DNA of 64,000 bases from an uncultured Spirochaetia bacterium. GTDB lineage: Bacteria; Desulfobacterota_D; UBA1144; Nemesobacterales; UBA2774. The notes beneath the pieces were generated by a model. It ran no database searches. It had not been told where the DNA came from and saw only the letters and a program-made list of their open reading frames with translations. Below are positions 39,931 through 50,641 of this stretch, in pieces; positions within the stretch are counted from its first letter, which is position 1; each line of letters begins with the position of its first letter. The DNA is taken from positions 10,739 through 74,738 of the forward strand of contig CAZUDM010000004.1 in assembly GCA_964618635.1 (NCBI GenBank), written 5' to 3'. The translations under genes and the position numbers were made by a program.

Positions 39931-40800
39931 TTAGTAGCCGTAGATCTTGAGCCTGTCCGATATCCGAGCCGAATATTCCTTTAGCTCGGGGTCCTTCAGG
40001 AACGCGAGTCGCCGCGATTCGTTTACGTCGCCGGCGGCTTTTTCTATCGAGGCTTGCGATGGATAGAGCCCGCAGAAGTCGGACAGCACCTTTAGAACCG
40101 GGACGGGGGTCTCGAGGAAATCCTCGTACCTGATTTCGACAGCCCTCTCCCCGAGGCTGGAGACGTGCTTCCGCGCTTCGGCCATGTATTCCTCCCACAT
40201 GAGGAGCCCCTCTTCGAGGGAGGCTCCTCTCAGGTCAGTGAAGACCTTTCCGGTGCCGATGTGGCGGCGCACGAGAAGGTACCTGTAGAGCGTTCCGGAA
40301 AGCCCGCCCTTTTCTTTCAGCCTCGAAAGCCCTTTTTTCCGCCTGGTCCTGAGGCTGCTTACGATGTCGAGCGGGTGCCTGTATATGTGTATTACCTTCG
40401 CACCGGGGAATATGTCGAGCCATACGGGCAGAGTGAAGGTATTTCGGGGGTCTTTCCACCCCCAGGGCACGTCGAGCGCGGCCGGGGTGCGATATTTGAG
40501 ATAATCGCCGAGGCCGAGAAACGAAATCGCCTTCGGGGTTTTCATCGTGAACTTGACGAACCCTGCGTATAAATCCCTCGCTTCCGGGTCTTCGAGGAGG
40601 TATCTGATTACGCCCGGATTTTCGAGCCCGCCGCTGCACTGCGTTAAGAGCCAGTCGTTTATTTTTCTGAAGAAGACGGCTTCGTGGTTGTTGGTGAGTT
40701 TTTTGCCCGCGTAAAGGCCGAGCTCGTCGAGCATCCTCGTGAGCATGGTCGTTCCGGACCGGCTCATTCCGATTACTATGACAGGGGCCACGGGTTTCAT
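39931..40800 (-). CDS. Sulfotransferase family protein
   Basis: 5'-PSB loop GMSRSGTTML and 3'-PB WKDPR motifs. Confidence 0.75.
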   Translation of the reverse strand: MKPVAPVIVIGMSRSGTTMLTRMLDELGLYAGKKLTNNHEAVFFRKINDWLLTQCSGGLENPGVIRYLLEDPEARDLYAGFVKFTMKTPKAISFLGLGDYLKYRTPAALDVPWGWKDPRNTFTLPVWLDIFPGAKVIHIYRHPLDIVSSLRTRRKKGLSRLKEKGGLSGTLYRYLLVRRHIGTGKVFTDLRGASLEEGLLMWEEYMAEARKHVSSLGERAVEIRYEDFLETPVPVLKVLSDFCGLYPSQASIEKAAGDVNESRRLAFLKDPELKEYSARISDRLKIYGY

Positions 40801-40924
40801 TCCTACAGGGAAATTACACTAAACGGCGCGCAAACACAATCCTTCCCGGGCGGGTTTCCAGCGCCCGCGGAGATTCACATTCCGAGCTTTTACCGTGTAA
40901 CGATACGGCGCTGCCGCGGCGGCT

Positions 40925-42127
40925 TCAGCGCGCGAGAAAGCTTCTGAGTATCTCGCCCATTTCGGACGTGGCCAGCTTTTCGAGCGCCCTCTTTTCGATC
41001 TGCCTGATGCGCTCCCTCGTGAGGTCGAACCTTCTGCCTATCTCGTCGAGGGTGTAGGTACAGTCCTGATCGATGCCAAACCTGAGCCTGATTATCTCTT
41101 CTTCCCTGGGCGTCAGGATGTTGAGCGCGTCCCTGATCTCGTGGGTGAGCGCGGTGCTCGCCATTATGGAATCAGGTGCGGGCGATTTGTCGTCCGATAT
41201 GAAATCGAGAAGGGTCGTCTTCTCGCCGTCGAGTATGGGGGTATCGAGCCTGGCGGCGTCGTTCGTGGATTCGAGAATCCTCTTTACGCCCTCGACCGAT
41301 ATTCCCGCTACCTCGGCCACCTCTTCGGGCAGGGGCTTTCTTCCCATTTCCTTATGGAGCATGGAGCTTATCCTGTAGACCTTGCTTGCCTGCTCCAGGA
41401 CGTAAACGGGGACCCTGATGGTTCTCGTCTGGTCGAGAAGGGCTCTCGAAATCGCCTGGTGTATCCACCACGAAGCGTATGTGGAGAACTTGTATCCCTT
41501 GGTGTGGTCGAACCTTTCGACTGCGCGCATGAGGCCGACGTTGCCCTCCTGTATGAGGTCGGTGAGGGGAAGACCCCTTCCCATGTACCTCTTGGAGATG
41601 CTGACGACCAGCCTGAGGTTGGCCTTGACGAACCTTTCCTTGAGCTCGATAGCACGCTCGGAGTAGACCTTTACGAAGGCCATGAGGCTCTCGATGCGCT
41701 TCGTGAGATCGCTTTCGCCGACCGCACCCTTGACGGGTTTCCTGGAAGTAAGAGCCGTCCTCTTTTTATGGAGCTTTTCGATGTTGAGGGCGAGCTCTTT
41801 CGTTTTGGCTTCGCACTTTTTAATCTGAGCGGAAACTTCTATTTCTTCCTTGGCGGTGAGAAGGGATTCGACGGCCATGTCCTTGAAGTAGACATAAAGT
41901 AGCCTGAACTGCTCGTCGGGCGTCCACTCGTCTTCCTGGTCTTCTACTGCGGAGCTGTCCTCCACCTCGAAGCTAAAGTCCGAGTCGTCGCCTTCCATGA
42001 GGTCGTTGTCACCGAATCCCAGTGACGCATATGATTCTTCTTCCTGCTCGTTGAAGTCGCCCATGCTGTCCATTTCGGACGCACCATGCTCAACCTCTCT
42101 GAATTTAGCCGATTTCATCTCACACAC
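40925..42127 (-). CDS. rpoD: RNA polymerase sigma-70 family factor (RpoD/RpoS-like, group 1/2)
   Basis: Region 1.2, 2.1-2.4 (LIQEGNVGLMRAVERFD, YASWWIHQAI), 3 and 4.2 (LDEIGRRFDLTRERIRQIE). Acidic N-terminus. 400 aa. Confidence 0.85.
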   Translation of the reverse strand: MCEMKSAKFREVEHGASEMDSMGDFNEQEEESYASLGFGDNDLMEGDDSDFSFEVEDSSAVEDQEDEWTPDEQFRLLYVYFKDMAVESLLTAKEEIEVSAQIKKCEAKTKELALNIEKLHKKRTALTSRKPVKGAVGESDLTKRIESLMAFVKVYSERAIELKERFVKANLRLVVSISKRYMGRGLPLTDLIQEGNVGLMRAVERFDHTKGYKFSTYASWWIHQAISRALLDQTRTIRVPVYVLEQASKVYRISSMLHKEMGRKPLPEEVAEVAGISVEGVKRILESTNDAARLDTPILDGEKTTLLDFISDDKSPAPDSIMASTALTHEIRDALNILTPREEEIIRLRFGIDQDCTYTLDEIGRRFDLTRERIRQIEKRALEKLATSEMGEILRSFLAR

Positions 42128-42320
42128 CTTCTGCTGTGGTTTTAGTTTGAGTCGTACAAAACTATCCGGAGCCCAACTATATAACTATAAGTTTAGCATA
42201 TATGCTTGTCAAGTTATTTTCTTCGCAAACGCAAAAAAATCTATATGCAAGCAATTATTTAATGATTGGAGTCGATAACGAGGGATATTGTAAGTGCATA
42301 TAAGCGAAATTCGGGGGGTT

Positions 42321-43169
42321 TTAGTTTGCATTTCGCGTACCGGGCTCCTTATCGGAACCGGGTGATTTTCCCCAGGATTCGTTGACCGCCGTCTTCTGGC
42401 CGAGCGCCTCCACGTAGGCTTCCTTCCCTTCACTCTTCCTGAACGCGGCCGCCTGGCTCCATGCCTGTTCTATGCTTCCGTATCTGCCGATTTTAACCAG
42501 CGTCCACTTCTCTCCCCGGGAATTTTCCACTTCGACCGTGTATGCGTTATACCCCTTCGCTCTGTATTGGGCAACCGCTTTCCTGCCATCCTCGGGTGTG
42601 GCGAAGGCCGCGACCTGAAGCGTGTAACTCTCCCCGGTCTGAGGCTTTTTGGCGGCTTCGGAAGGGGCGCTCCCCTCGGGCGCCGCCGTATCGGGCGAAA
42701 GTATGGTTACTTCATCCGCGCCGCCTGTACCCCCTGTACCCGTGGAAAGACTCTCGGGGTTTATGGAAGTGAGCCCGATTTCCGCAGAGTCGCCGGCATC
42801 TCCTTCAACGCCTGATCCGGCGCCCGTTTCCTGCGCCGCCTCGGTGCTCCGGCCGTCCTCCACAATCGTGACCGTTTCGTAAGGGCTGGTCTCTTGACCG
42901 CCCGAAGAAGCGGATACGCTGCCGCTAAAGGCAGGGGACACATTAACTGCTTCGGCCGCATGCCGAGAGGCCCTTTCCGGGGCTTCGGTGACTGCCGCAA
43001 CGGGCGCGGCGGCTTCCTTCTCGCCCCAGAGCCCGACGTCGTCGAGCTTCGTGCCGACGTATACACCGGCGGCGAACACTATGAGCAGCATGAACAGGGA
43101 CCCCCCGCCCGAACCGCGTCTTCTCCTGCTCGAATCGGAAAGGATAAGTTTTGGCCTGACCTCTCCCAT
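42321..43169 (-). CDS. SPOR domain protein with N-terminal TM anchor and long low-complexity linker
   Basis: C-terminal SPOR signature (YTLQVAAFATPEDGRKAVAQYRAKGYNAYTVEV...WTLVKIGRYGS). Confidence 0.7.
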   Translation of the reverse strand: MGEVRPKLILSDSSRRRRGSGGGSLFMLLIVFAAGVYVGTKLDDVGLWGEKEAAAPVAAVTEAPERASRHAAEAVNVSPAFSGSVSASSGGQETSPYETVTIVEDGRSTEAAQETGAGSGVEGDAGDSAEIGLTSINPESLSTGTGGTGGADEVTILSPDTAAPEGSAPSEAAKKPQTGESYTLQVAAFATPEDGRKAVAQYRAKGYNAYTVEVENSRGEKWTLVKIGRYGSIEQAWSQAAAFRKSEGKEAYVEALGQKTAVNESWGKSPGSDKEPGTRNAN

Positions 43170-43189
43170 AGTCGCCTTCCGCTACGGTC

Positions 43190-43274
43190 TGCCGAAGGGG
43201 GGATTTGAACCCCCACGAGCTTGCACCCACTGGATCCTGAATCCAGCGCGTCTACCAAGTTCCGCCACTTCGGC
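43190..43274 (-). tRNA. tRNA-Leu (anticodon CAG), long variable arm
   Basis: Reverse complement GCCGAAGTGGCGGAACTTGGTAGACGCGCTGGATTCAGGATCCAGTGGGTGCAAGCTCGTGGGGGTTCAAATCCCCCCTTCGGCA. Anticodon loop TTCAGGA, 85 nt, no encoded CCA. Confidence 0.9.
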
Positions 43275-43432
43275 TTTATAGCTGTGATGTATTTAAAAAT
43301 AAAAACCCAGACGGTTTAATATTATCACACATCTACGGGGCCTTCCATAGCCCCCAGAGAAATACATAGCCCGAAATATGCGGAAAGGGCGCGCGAAACA
43401 AACGGCCTGTCATGAGAGAGCCGGCGTCTGAA

Positions 43433-43867
43433 TCAGGGGTTTCCCCAGGATATTATGCGGACGGGCGTTATGCGGATCACGGGAAGGCCGGCTTCTTCGA
43501 GGCCCATTTGCCTGTATTGCGGGTATTTCGAGGAAAGCGCGCGAAGGGACTCCGCGTATTCACCGCCCCCCGACAGAATCTCGGCGCGGCCGTTTACTAT
43601 GACGTAACGGAGCTTTCGCCAGTCTTCGGAATATTCGTCTATAACGAGCGATGCGAAGGGATTCCCGGAGATGTTTTTCACGCGCCTGAGGCCTTTCCAC
43701 GAGGCTTTCTTGGGCTTTTTATCTATCGGTGTGTAAATGTATGGCTCGGCGTAGACGAAACATACCGGGACGACCAGAGGCTCTCCCGAAGGGGACGCTG
43801 TCGCCATCCTGGCGACCCTGGCCGAGTGAAGTATTTTTTTTTCCGAAGCCGAGGGTGTTACATGCAA
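43433..43867 (-). CDS. Pyridoxamine 5'-phosphate oxidase-like FMN-binding protein
   Basis: ARVARMATASPSGEPLVVPVCFVY split-barrel motif. 144 aa. Confidence 0.65.
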   Translation of the reverse strand: MHVTPSASEKKILHSARVARMATASPSGEPLVVPVCFVYAEPYIYTPIDKKPKKASWKGLRRVKNISGNPFASLVIDEYSEDWRKLRYVIVNGRAEILSGGGEYAESLRALSSKYPQYRQMGLEEAGLPVIRITPVRIISWGNP

Positions 43868-43954
43868 TTTAAACTTGAATTCTCCCCGTTCTATTTTATA
43901 ATACCTTGTTTTTTGGTCGGAAGACTACGCTCTTTTAGTTTCAAGCGAGCTCAA

Positions 43955-44896
43955 ATGGACAATGCAAAGATTTTTTGCGGGACTTCTAACGTACCCCTGG
44001 CGAAGGCTGTCTGCGAATACCTGAACGTTCCTCTCGGACAGGCTGAGCTGAGGAGATTCAGCGACGGCGAGATATTCGCCGAGATATCGGAAAGCGTGAG
44101 GGGCTCCCACGTATTCGTCATACAATCGACGTGCCCGCCCGTAAACGAGCACATAATGGAGCTCCTTATAATAACGGACGCACTCAAGAGGGCCTCGGCG
44201 CGGGCTATAACGGCTGTCATACCCTATTATGGCTACGCGCGCCAGGACAGGAAGGTGCAGCCCAGGGCGCCGATATCGGCCAAGCTGGTCGCCGACCTTA
44301 TAACGACGGCCGGCATCAGCAGGGTAGTGACGGTTGACGTTCACGCGGGGCAGATACAGGGTTTCTTCAATATCCCCGTCGACCACATATTCGCCGCGCC
44401 TATATTTATAAAGTATATGAGGGAGAAGTACGCGGGCGAGGATATTGTCATCGTGTCTCCCGACGCGGGGGGCATGGAAAGGGCGAGGTCCTACGCCAAG
44501 GTGCTCGATTCCGCACTGGCAATGACGGACAAGAGGCGTCCGAACCCGAACGTCGCCGAGATCATGAACGTTATCGGGGACGTAGAAGGCAAGACGGCGA
44601 TACTCGTCGACGACCTCGTGGACACCGCCGGGACGGCCATACAGGCGGGGAAGGCGCTTCTCAGGGAGGGGGCCAGGCGCGTAACTCTCTGCAGCACGCA
44701 CGGCGTACTTTCGGGCAACGCTATACAGAGGATCACGGAATCCTCGCTCGAGGAAATAATACTGACAGATACGATTCCACAAACGCAGCACGCTGCCGAT
44801 TGTGATAAAATCAGGGTAATAAGCATTGCGAATCTCCTGGGGGAGGCTATAAAGAGAATAGCCACCGGGGAATCGATAAGCAGTCTCTTTAACTAA
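43955..44896 (+). CDS. prs: Ribose-phosphate pyrophosphokinase
   Basis: MDNAKIFCG... N-terminus, PRPP-binding loop VDDLVDTAGT, 314 aa. The track ORF has a spurious N-terminal extension from 43412. Confidence 0.9.
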   Translation: MDNAKIFCGTSNVPLAKAVCEYLNVPLGQAELRRFSDGEIFAEISESVRGSHVFVIQSTCPPVNEHIMELLIITDALKRASARAITAVIPYYGYARQDRKVQPRAPISAKLVADLITTAGISRVVTVDVHAGQIQGFFNIPVDHIFAAPIFIKYMREKYAGEDIVIVSPDAGGMERARSYAKVLDSALAMTDKRRPNPNVAEIMNVIGDVEGKTAILVDDLVDTAGTAIQAGKALLREGARRVTLCSTHGVLSGNAIQRITESSLEEIILTDTIPQTQHAADCDKIRVISIANLLGEAIKRIATGESISSLFN

Positions 44897-44918
44897 AGAA
44901 CCGGAGGGGTGCTAAGAC

Positions 44919-45557
44919 ATGGCACAGAGTACATTAGAGGTAACGCTGAGAGGAAAGGCCGGCAAGAGCGGCGCGAGGAAAACCAGAAACGAGGACAACG
45001 TGCCCGGAGTGCTTTACGGAAAGGGACTTGAGCCCGTATCGATTTCAGTTAACCCGACCGCGCTGAAACAGGCGCTTTCGACCGAAGCGGGCGAGAACAC
45101 TCTTCTCGACGTGAACTATAAGGACGGCGACAAGACAGTTTCCAGGCTGTCGATCCTGAGCGCTACGCAGTTTGACTTCCTCACGAATAAGCCGCTTCAC
45201 TTCGACTTTCATGCCCTGGACGTTACCAAGAAAATAACCGTCAACGTGCCGGTGAAGATAACGGGGAAGGCGAAGGGCGTTAAGGAAGGGGGAATACTCG
45301 AAGAAATATTAAGGGAAATACCTGTCGAGTGCCTGCCGAAAGACATACCGAACTCGTTCGAGGTGGACGTTACCGACCTCGAAATCGGGCACTCCATACA
45401 CGTCGAGGTATTGAAGACTTCCGACGACATCACGCTCCTTAAAGACGACTCGGAAGCCATCGTCACTATTCTCGCTCCGAAGCTCGGCGCCGCTGAAGAA
45501 GGCGAAGAAGCAGCCGAAGAAGCCAAGGAAGAGGGCGGCGAAGGCCAGTCGGCATAA
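44919..45557 (+). CDS. rplY: 50S ribosomal protein L25 / general stress protein Ctc
   Basis: L25 N-terminal domain plus Ctc-type C-terminal acidic extension. Confidence 0.9.
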   Translation: MAQSTLEVTLRGKAGKSGARKTRNEDNVPGVLYGKGLEPVSISVNPTALKQALSTEAGENTLLDVNYKDGDKTVSRLSILSATQFDFLTNKPLHFDFHALDVTKKITVNVPVKITGKAKGVKEGGILEEILREIPVECLPKDIPNSFEVDVTDLEIGHSIHVEVLKTSDDITLLKDDSEAIVTILAPKLGAAEEGEEAAEEAKEEGGEGQSA

Positions 45558-46133
45558 ATGAAATTAGTTGCAGGCCTCGGCAACCCTGGGAAAGAATACG
45601 CTTCCACAAAGCACAACCTCGGTTTCCTGGCTATCGACGAAATCGCCCGAAGGGCGGGCATCGACCTTACGAAAAAGAAGTTCAGGGGCGTTTACGGAGA
45701 AGGCTTTTTATCCGGCGAGAAGCTGATTCTCTTAAAGCCGGAAACCTACATGAACCGGAGCGGCGAGTCGGTTTCGGAAGCCGCGGTTTTCTACAATATT
45801 TCTCCCACTGACATTATAATAATTCACGACGAAATGGACCTTCCGGCCGGCACCCTCAGGGTGAAGGCCGGGGGCGGAAGCGCCGGGCACAACGGCATAA
45901 GGTCTATAATAGACAGAATAGGGAGCCCGGAATTCATCAGGATACGAATAGGGATAGGCAAGCCGGGCGGGAAATCCAAGGGGGCGGCTCACGTCCTTTC
46001 GCGGTTCGGGAGCGGCGAGGAGGACGCCGTGAAGGCCTCTGTGGAAAGAGCTGCCGACGCCGTGCTGGAACTGATCGAGAACGGACTCGAAAGAACTATG
46101 AACAAGTTCAACGTCAGGTCCCCCGAAAACTAG
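45558..46133 (+). CDS. pth: Peptidyl-tRNA hydrolase
   Basis: MKLVAGLGNPG...HNLGF...HNG motifs. Confidence 0.9.
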   Translation: MKLVAGLGNPGKEYASTKHNLGFLAIDEIARRAGIDLTKKKFRGVYGEGFLSGEKLILLKPETYMNRSGESVSEAAVFYNISPTDIIIIHDEMDLPAGTLRVKAGGGSAGHNGIRSIIDRIGSPEFIRIRIGIGKPGGKSKGAAHVLSRFGSGEEDAVKASVERAADAVLELIENGLERTMNKFNVRSPEN

Positions 46134-46182
46134 ACGCTGAATTAAACGCTTGAAGTAAAATCCTGTTATTTCGATAAAGGAG

Positions 46183-48231
46183 GTGTCATCGATGGGAGAA
46201 GTCATAGCGGCATATTTCGGCACCATACTCGGCCTGGCCGTCCTGGTGTATGCATTCATGGTTTACAGGGAGATCACGCTCCTTCCCGAAGGAAGCGACA
46301 AGATGAAGGACATCGCCTCGGCTATTCACGAGGGGGCGATGGTTTTTCTGAAGAGGGAGTACAGGATAATCGGCATATTCGTAGCGGTGGTATTCGTGCT
46401 TCTGGGATTATTCATAAGCTGGGACGCGGGAATAGCATACGTAGCCGGCGCATTTTCATCCATGATAGCCGGCTTCTTCGGCATGAAGGCGGCGACAAAG
46501 GCGAACGTGAGGACAGCGCACGCGGCCTCGAGCGAAGGACAGGGGAAAGCCCTTACGGTCGCTTTCAAGGGCGGAAACGTCATGGGGCTTTCGGTCGCGG
46601 GCATCGGGCTGCTCGGCCTTTCGGTAGCGTTCCTCCTCGGCATAGGGCTTCCTGAAAACCCGGCCGATGCAGAGGGGCTCGCCGCTTTCGCGGGGAGGTT
46701 CGGCGACGTGCTGGGCGGGTTCGCGATGGGCGCGAGCTCTGTCGCGCTGTTCGCAAGGATCGGAGGCGGCATTTACACGAAAGGGGCCGACGTCGGGGCC
46801 GACCTCGTGGGCAAGGTGGAGGCCGGAATACCGGAAGACGACCCGAGGAACCCGGCGACTATAGCCGACAACGTAGGCGATAACGTGGGCGACGTGGCCG
46901 GTATGGGGGCCGACCTTTTCGAGTCTTACGTCGGCGCGGTCGTAGCGACGATAGTGATCGCTGCTTCGGGCGGCCATAACGAAATTGCACTCATGGCCAT
47001 TCCTATAATATTAATCGCCATCGGCAGCCTCGCATCCGTCGTCGGCTCGAAGAGCGTCGAGTGGATGAAGGACCTCGAGCCCCAGCTGGTGCTCAGAAGG
47101 GCGACGTTCTACGCAGGCGGCATATACCTGGCGGCGTCTCTGGTCGTGATGCTTGCAGTGGGGCTTATAGACGGCGTGCAGAACATACTCTGGATATGGC
47201 TCGCGTCGGTGCTCGGGCTCCTCGCGGGCATTGCGATAGGGCTTCTGACGGAATACTACACGTCGAGCACGCCTGTCAGAAAGATAGCGGAAGCGTCACA
47301 AACCGGGGTCGCCACCAATATTATCCAGGGCCTCGCGGTCGGCATGGTAAGCACGACGCTCCCGGTCATCACAGTCGCCATCGCTATAGGGCTCTCGTAT
47401 TACTTCGCGGGACTCTACGGTATAGGCATCGCATCCGTCAGCATGCTCGCGACTATAGGCATAACGATGTCGGTCGACGCCTACGGGCCCGTGGCCGACA
47501 ACGCGGGCGGCATATCGGAGATGTCGGGGCTCGGGCCGGAGACGAGAAAGATAACGGACAAGCTGGACTCGCTCGGGAATACCACCGCCGCCATAGGAAA
47601 GGGATTCGCCATAGGCTCGGCGGCTCTTGCGGCGCTCGCTCTCTTCGCGGCGTACACGAAGGCTGTCGGGCTCGACTCTATAGACCTCACGAGGAGTAAT
47701 GTCGTGACGGGCCTTCTCATCGGCGGCACTGTGCCGTTCCTTCTCGGGGCGCTCACGATGGGGGCTGTCGGCAGGACGGCGCAGAAGATGGTCGAGGAGG
47801 TGAGGCGGCAGTTCAGGGAAATCACCGGGCTTCTGGAAGGAAACGCGAAGCCCGACTATGCCTCATGCGTCGGCATAAGCACAGACGCCGCGCTCCGGGA
47901 GATGGTCGTTCCGGGCGTAATTGCGATCGTAGCGCCGATAGTGATCGGGCTCATACTCGGGGCGGAGGGCCTCGGCGGATTCCTCGCGGGGGCGATCGTG
48001 ACGGGCGTCATGCTCGCGCTGATGATGGCGAATGCGGGCGGGGCGTGGGATAACGCCAAAAAATACATAGAAGAGGGACATCTCGGCGGCAAGGGCTCCG
48101 ACGCTCACAAGGCGGCTGTCGTCGGCGACACGATAGGCGACCCGTTCAAGGATACTTCCGGACCGGCGATGAACATATTGATAAAGCTCATGTCTATAGT
48201 AGCCGTCGTTATAGCGCCGCTCTTAATATGA
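46183..48231 (+). CDS. hppA: Membrane-bound H+/Na+-translocating pyrophosphatase
   Basis: [26 protein letters not shown], and [14 protein letters not shown] signature motifs. 682 aa, about 16 TM helices. Confidence 0.9.
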   Translation: MSSMGEVIAAYFGTILGLAVLVYAFMVYREITLLPEGSDKMKDIASAIHEGAMVFLKREYRIIGIFVAVVFVLLGLFISWDAGIAYVAGAFSSMIAGFFGMKAATKANVRTAHAASSEGQGKALTVAFKGGNVMGLSVAGIGLLGLSVAFLLGIGLPENPADAEGLAAFAGRFGDVLGGFAMGASSVALFARIGGGIYTKGADVGADLVGKVEAGIPEDDPRNPATIADNVGDNVGDVAGMGADLFESYVGAVVATIVIAASGGHNEIALMAIPIILIAIGSLASVVGSKSVEWMKDLEPQLVLRRATFYAGGIYLAASLVVMLAVGLIDGVQNILWIWLASVLGLLAGIAIGLLTEYYTSSTPVRKIAEASQTGVATNIIQGLAVGMVSTTLPVITVAIAIGLSYYFAGLYGIGIASVSMLATIGITMSVDAYGPVADNAGGISEMSGLGPETRKITDKLDSLGNTTAAIGKGFAIGSAALAALALFAAYTKAVGLDSIDLTRSNVVTGLLIGGTVPFLLGALTMGAVGRTAQKMVEEVRRQFREITGLLEGNAKPDYASCVGISTDAALREMVVPGVIAIVAPIVIGLILGAEGLGGFLAGAIVTGVMLALMMANAGGAWDNAKKYIEEGHLGGKGSDAHKAAVVGDTIGDPFKDTSGPAMNILIKLMSIVAVVIAPLLI

Positions 48232-48239
48232 TAAAAACG

Positions 48240-48278
48240 GGGGCGGAAAGCTCCTGGCGGCTTCACGCCCTTTTTCAC
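48240..48278 (+). terminator. Putative rho-independent terminator after hppA
   Basis: GGGCG...CGCCC stem followed by TTTTT. The loop is long, so confidence is moderate. Confidence 0.35.
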
Positions 48279-48289
48279 AGGGTGTTAAC

Positions 48290-48320
48290 AAATTATTATT
48301 TCCGGGTAGAATAGACGGGA
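48290..48320 (+). promoter_or_regulatory. Putative sigma-70 promoter of the rpsF-rpsR-rplI operon
   Basis: TTAACA-16 nt-TAGAAT, about 70 nt upstream of rpsF. Confidence 0.3.
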
Positions 48321-48389
48321 TTAGGTTTTATCTGTCGCTCCGCAGATTTCGTGCGGGACCGCAAAGACCAAGACAGGAGGTTTTAAACT

Positions 48390-48854
48390 ATGGCCGCAAA
48401 GCCGCGGTATTACGAGACTTTATATATTATCAGGCCCGACATTAAGGAAGAGGACCTCGCAAAGATACAGCAGAGGCTCCGCGACGCCATCTCCGCCAAC
48501 GAAGGGGAGATAATAAAGTTCGACAAATGGGCTCAGAGAGAGCTCGCTTACGAGATACAGAACTACAGCCGGGGCGTTTACTACATCATTATCTTCAAGT
48601 CGCTCCCCGGAGCCGTAGCCGAGCTCGAAAGACATCTCCGCTTTTACAACACCGACGTGCTGAGATTCATAACCGTCTCCATAACGGAAGCGGCGGCCAA
48701 CAAGGAAAGGGCCGTCCAGGAGAGTAAGGAAGCGGAGGAGAGCGCTGCCCCTGCGGAGAGCCAGGCGGAAGCCGCCGGCCAGCCCGAGCAGCAGGAAACC
48801 AAGACAGAAAACGAGCCGGCAACGGCCGAGCCGACGGAAGGAGGAACTAACTAA
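48390..48854 (+). CDS. rpsF: 30S ribosomal protein S6 with acidic C-terminal tail
   Basis: [10 protein letters not shown]...[10 protein letters not shown]6 signature. Confidence 0.9.
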   Translation: MAAKPRYYETLYIIRPDIKEEDLAKIQQRLRDAISANEGEIIKFDKWAQRELAYEIQNYSRGVYYIIIFKSLPGAVAELERHLRFYNTDVLRFITVSITEAAANKERAVQESKEAEESAAPAESQAEAAGQPEQQETKTENEPATAEPTEGGTN

Positions 48855-49090
48855 TGGAATCACCGAGAGACAGGAAATATTTCGCTAAAAAGAAGGTTTG
48901 CAGATTCTGCACCGAGTCGATAGAGATGAATTACAAGAACATCGATATACTGTCGAGATATATAACCGACAGAAAGAAGATCGTTCCCAAGAGAAACTCC
49001 GGGCTTTGCGCACGCTGTCAGAGGCAGCTCGCGACGGAAATAAAGAGGGCACGCTTCATGGCGCTCCTTCCCTACACCGTGCTTCATTGA
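48854..49090 (+). CDS. rpsR: 30S ribosomal protein S18
   Basis: KKVCRFC...[15 protein letters not shown]18 signature. Its start overlaps the rpsF stop. Confidence 0.9.
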   Translation: MESPRDRKYFAKKKVCRFCTESIEMNYKNIDILSRYITDRKKIVPKRNSGLCARCQRQLATEIKRARFMALLPYTVLH

Positions 49091-49152
49091 GCGGCGGGTG
49101 CGGGTTTCCGCGCAGACGTTAACGTAGAAAAATTCCGGAGGTTATAACGACG

Positions 49153-49599
49153 ATGAAGGTCATACTGATTTCAGATGTCGAATCGATAGGCAAGAGGGGC
49201 GATTTGATGGACGTTAAGGACGGGCTCGCCACGAACTATCTCATACCGAGAAAGCTCGCCGTCAAGGCCACGCCGGGGAACCTAAAGGCGTGGGAGCAGA
49301 AGAGCGCGTCTATTAAGAAAAAAGAGGATAAGGCCAAGTCCGACGCGGAGGCGCACGCATCCAGGCTCGATGGGACCAAGGTGACTATAGCGGTGAAGGT
49401 GGGCGAGGAAGAGAAGATATTCGGCTCGGTCACGTCCCAGAGCATATCCGACGCGCTCAAGGAAAAGGGCTTCGAGATATCGAGAAAGCAGATCGAGCTC
49501 GACACCCCTATTAAAACGCTGGGCACCCACGAAGTCCCGGTAAAGATTTATCACGAAGTGACGGCCGTTGTGAGCGTCGAAGTAGTGGAAGAAAGCTGA
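49153..49599 (+). CDS. rplI: 50S ribosomal protein L9
   Basis: MKVILISDVESIGKRGDLMDVKDGLATNYLIPRKLA L9 N-terminus. Confidence 0.9.
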   Translation: MKVILISDVESIGKRGDLMDVKDGLATNYLIPRKLAVKATPGNLKAWEQKSASIKKKEDKAKSDAEAHASRLDGTKVTIAVKVGEEEKIFGSVTSQSISDALKEKGFEISRKQIELDTPIKTLGTHEVPVKIYHEVTAVVSVEVVEES

Positions 49600-49619
49600 G
49601 ACTGAAAACCGACAACCAC

Positions 49620-49660
49620 GCATAGGCCCGTTACCTCCGGGCCTGTGCGCTTTCCTTTTA
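49620..49660. terminator. Putative bidirectional terminator hairpin between convergent rplI and the DUF4412-like gene
   Basis: AGGCCCG-ttacctc-CGGGCCT 7-bp stem followed by a T-rich tract (CTTTCCTTTT). Confidence 0.4.
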
Positions 49661-49677
49661 ATCTCCAGTTAGAGTAA

Positions 49678-50430
49678 TTACTGCTGGTTCAGAATATCCT
49701 GGTAGGTGATTTTTTCGTAGCCCGACGGCGGAAGGAATTCCGCGGCGGGTATATCCTGTTTTTTCACGGAAATTATCTCTTCCGTTACGGAGCCCGCGCC
49801 TTCAGGGGCGTAGTAGACGGTTTTCATAGGGTAGCCCTCTTCGTAGATCTCCTGGATGATCTCGTATTCGTTGTCGGAGATGGAAGCCGAGCCGCCGATG
49901 TTCTGGCTTATCCTCTTTACCTCGTTCATCAGCTTCGACATCTTGTCGAGGTCTATTTCGTCGGCGAAGCCGGGCTCCTTACTGACCCAGTATTCCGTCT
50001 GAAGCTTGCCGTTGTCGTATATTTCCAGCTTCTTCGAAGCGTAGCCGGCGAAATTCCCCGTTTCGCCCGTTTTCTTGAGGGAGACATTCCTCTTTTCCTG
50101 CGGCGTGCCCTTGTTTTCGGACATGAAGGACTCTATGTATTTCAGGTACTCGTCCCTGTTGAGCGTTATGTAGAGCTTCTTTTCGTTGTTTACGAAGACG
50201 ATGTTTCCGGAATTGAGATCGAAGATTACGGCCGGGGAAAACTGGCCGGCGTCTTCGACCTGTTTCAGCTTGTTGTCCTGAATGTAGAGCGTGACCTTTT
50301 GTCTCGAAGGAGAGCCTTCCTCGTAGACGACCTGCTCCATGACGATCCCCGGGTACGCCCTTTCGGAAAGCACCCCGAGGGCGATCACCGCCGCCAGGAA
50401 ATAGGTGAAAAAGCTTGCACGACGAAGCAT
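49678..50430 (-). CDS. Hypothetical secreted protein (DUF4412-like)
   Basis: Signal peptide (FFTYFLAAVIALGVLS). 250 aa. Family guess only. Confidence 0.5.
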   Translation of the reverse strand: MLRRASFFTYFLAAVIALGVLSERAYPGIVMEQVVYEEGSPSRQKVTLYIQDNKLKQVEDAGQFSPAVIFDLNSGNIVFVNNEKKLYITLNRDEYLKYIESFMSENKGTPQEKRNVSLKKTGETGNFAGYASKKLEIYDNGKLQTEYWVSKEPGFADEIDLDKMSKLMNEVKRISQNIGGSASISDNEYEIIQEIYEEGYPMKTVYYAPEGAGSVTEEIISVKKQDIPAAEFLPPSGYEKITYQDILNQQ

Positions 50431-50641
50431 GTATGTTACCTCCGTAAGTTTCAGATTAGAGCTGCCAGGGGCAGATTGTAAGATAACCTATAATCGCACG
50501 CGCCGCCATAGAGAAGAGGGGCCTGAGGGGGCCCCGGACGGGCCTATCGTGTATAATAGTTTCTATTGACGCTAACCCATTCTGTGATAGATTAAACGGG
50601 TTAATCAAGCGACCGCAATATTCAGGGAGGGAGACAATTTT

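Noticed and set aside
43412-43954. 180-aa N-terminal extension of the prs ORF
   Set aside because: It overlaps the PNPOx-like gene on the opposite strand. Prs begins at the conserved MDNAKIF at 43955.
50500-50641. Possible TPP riboswitch upstream of thi4 (GGGGCCUGAGGGGGCCCC)
   Set aside because: It has CUGAGG rather than CUGAGA, no ACCUGAUCUGGAUAAUGCCAGCG-like P4/P5, and the leader after the predicted promoter is too short (~50 nt).
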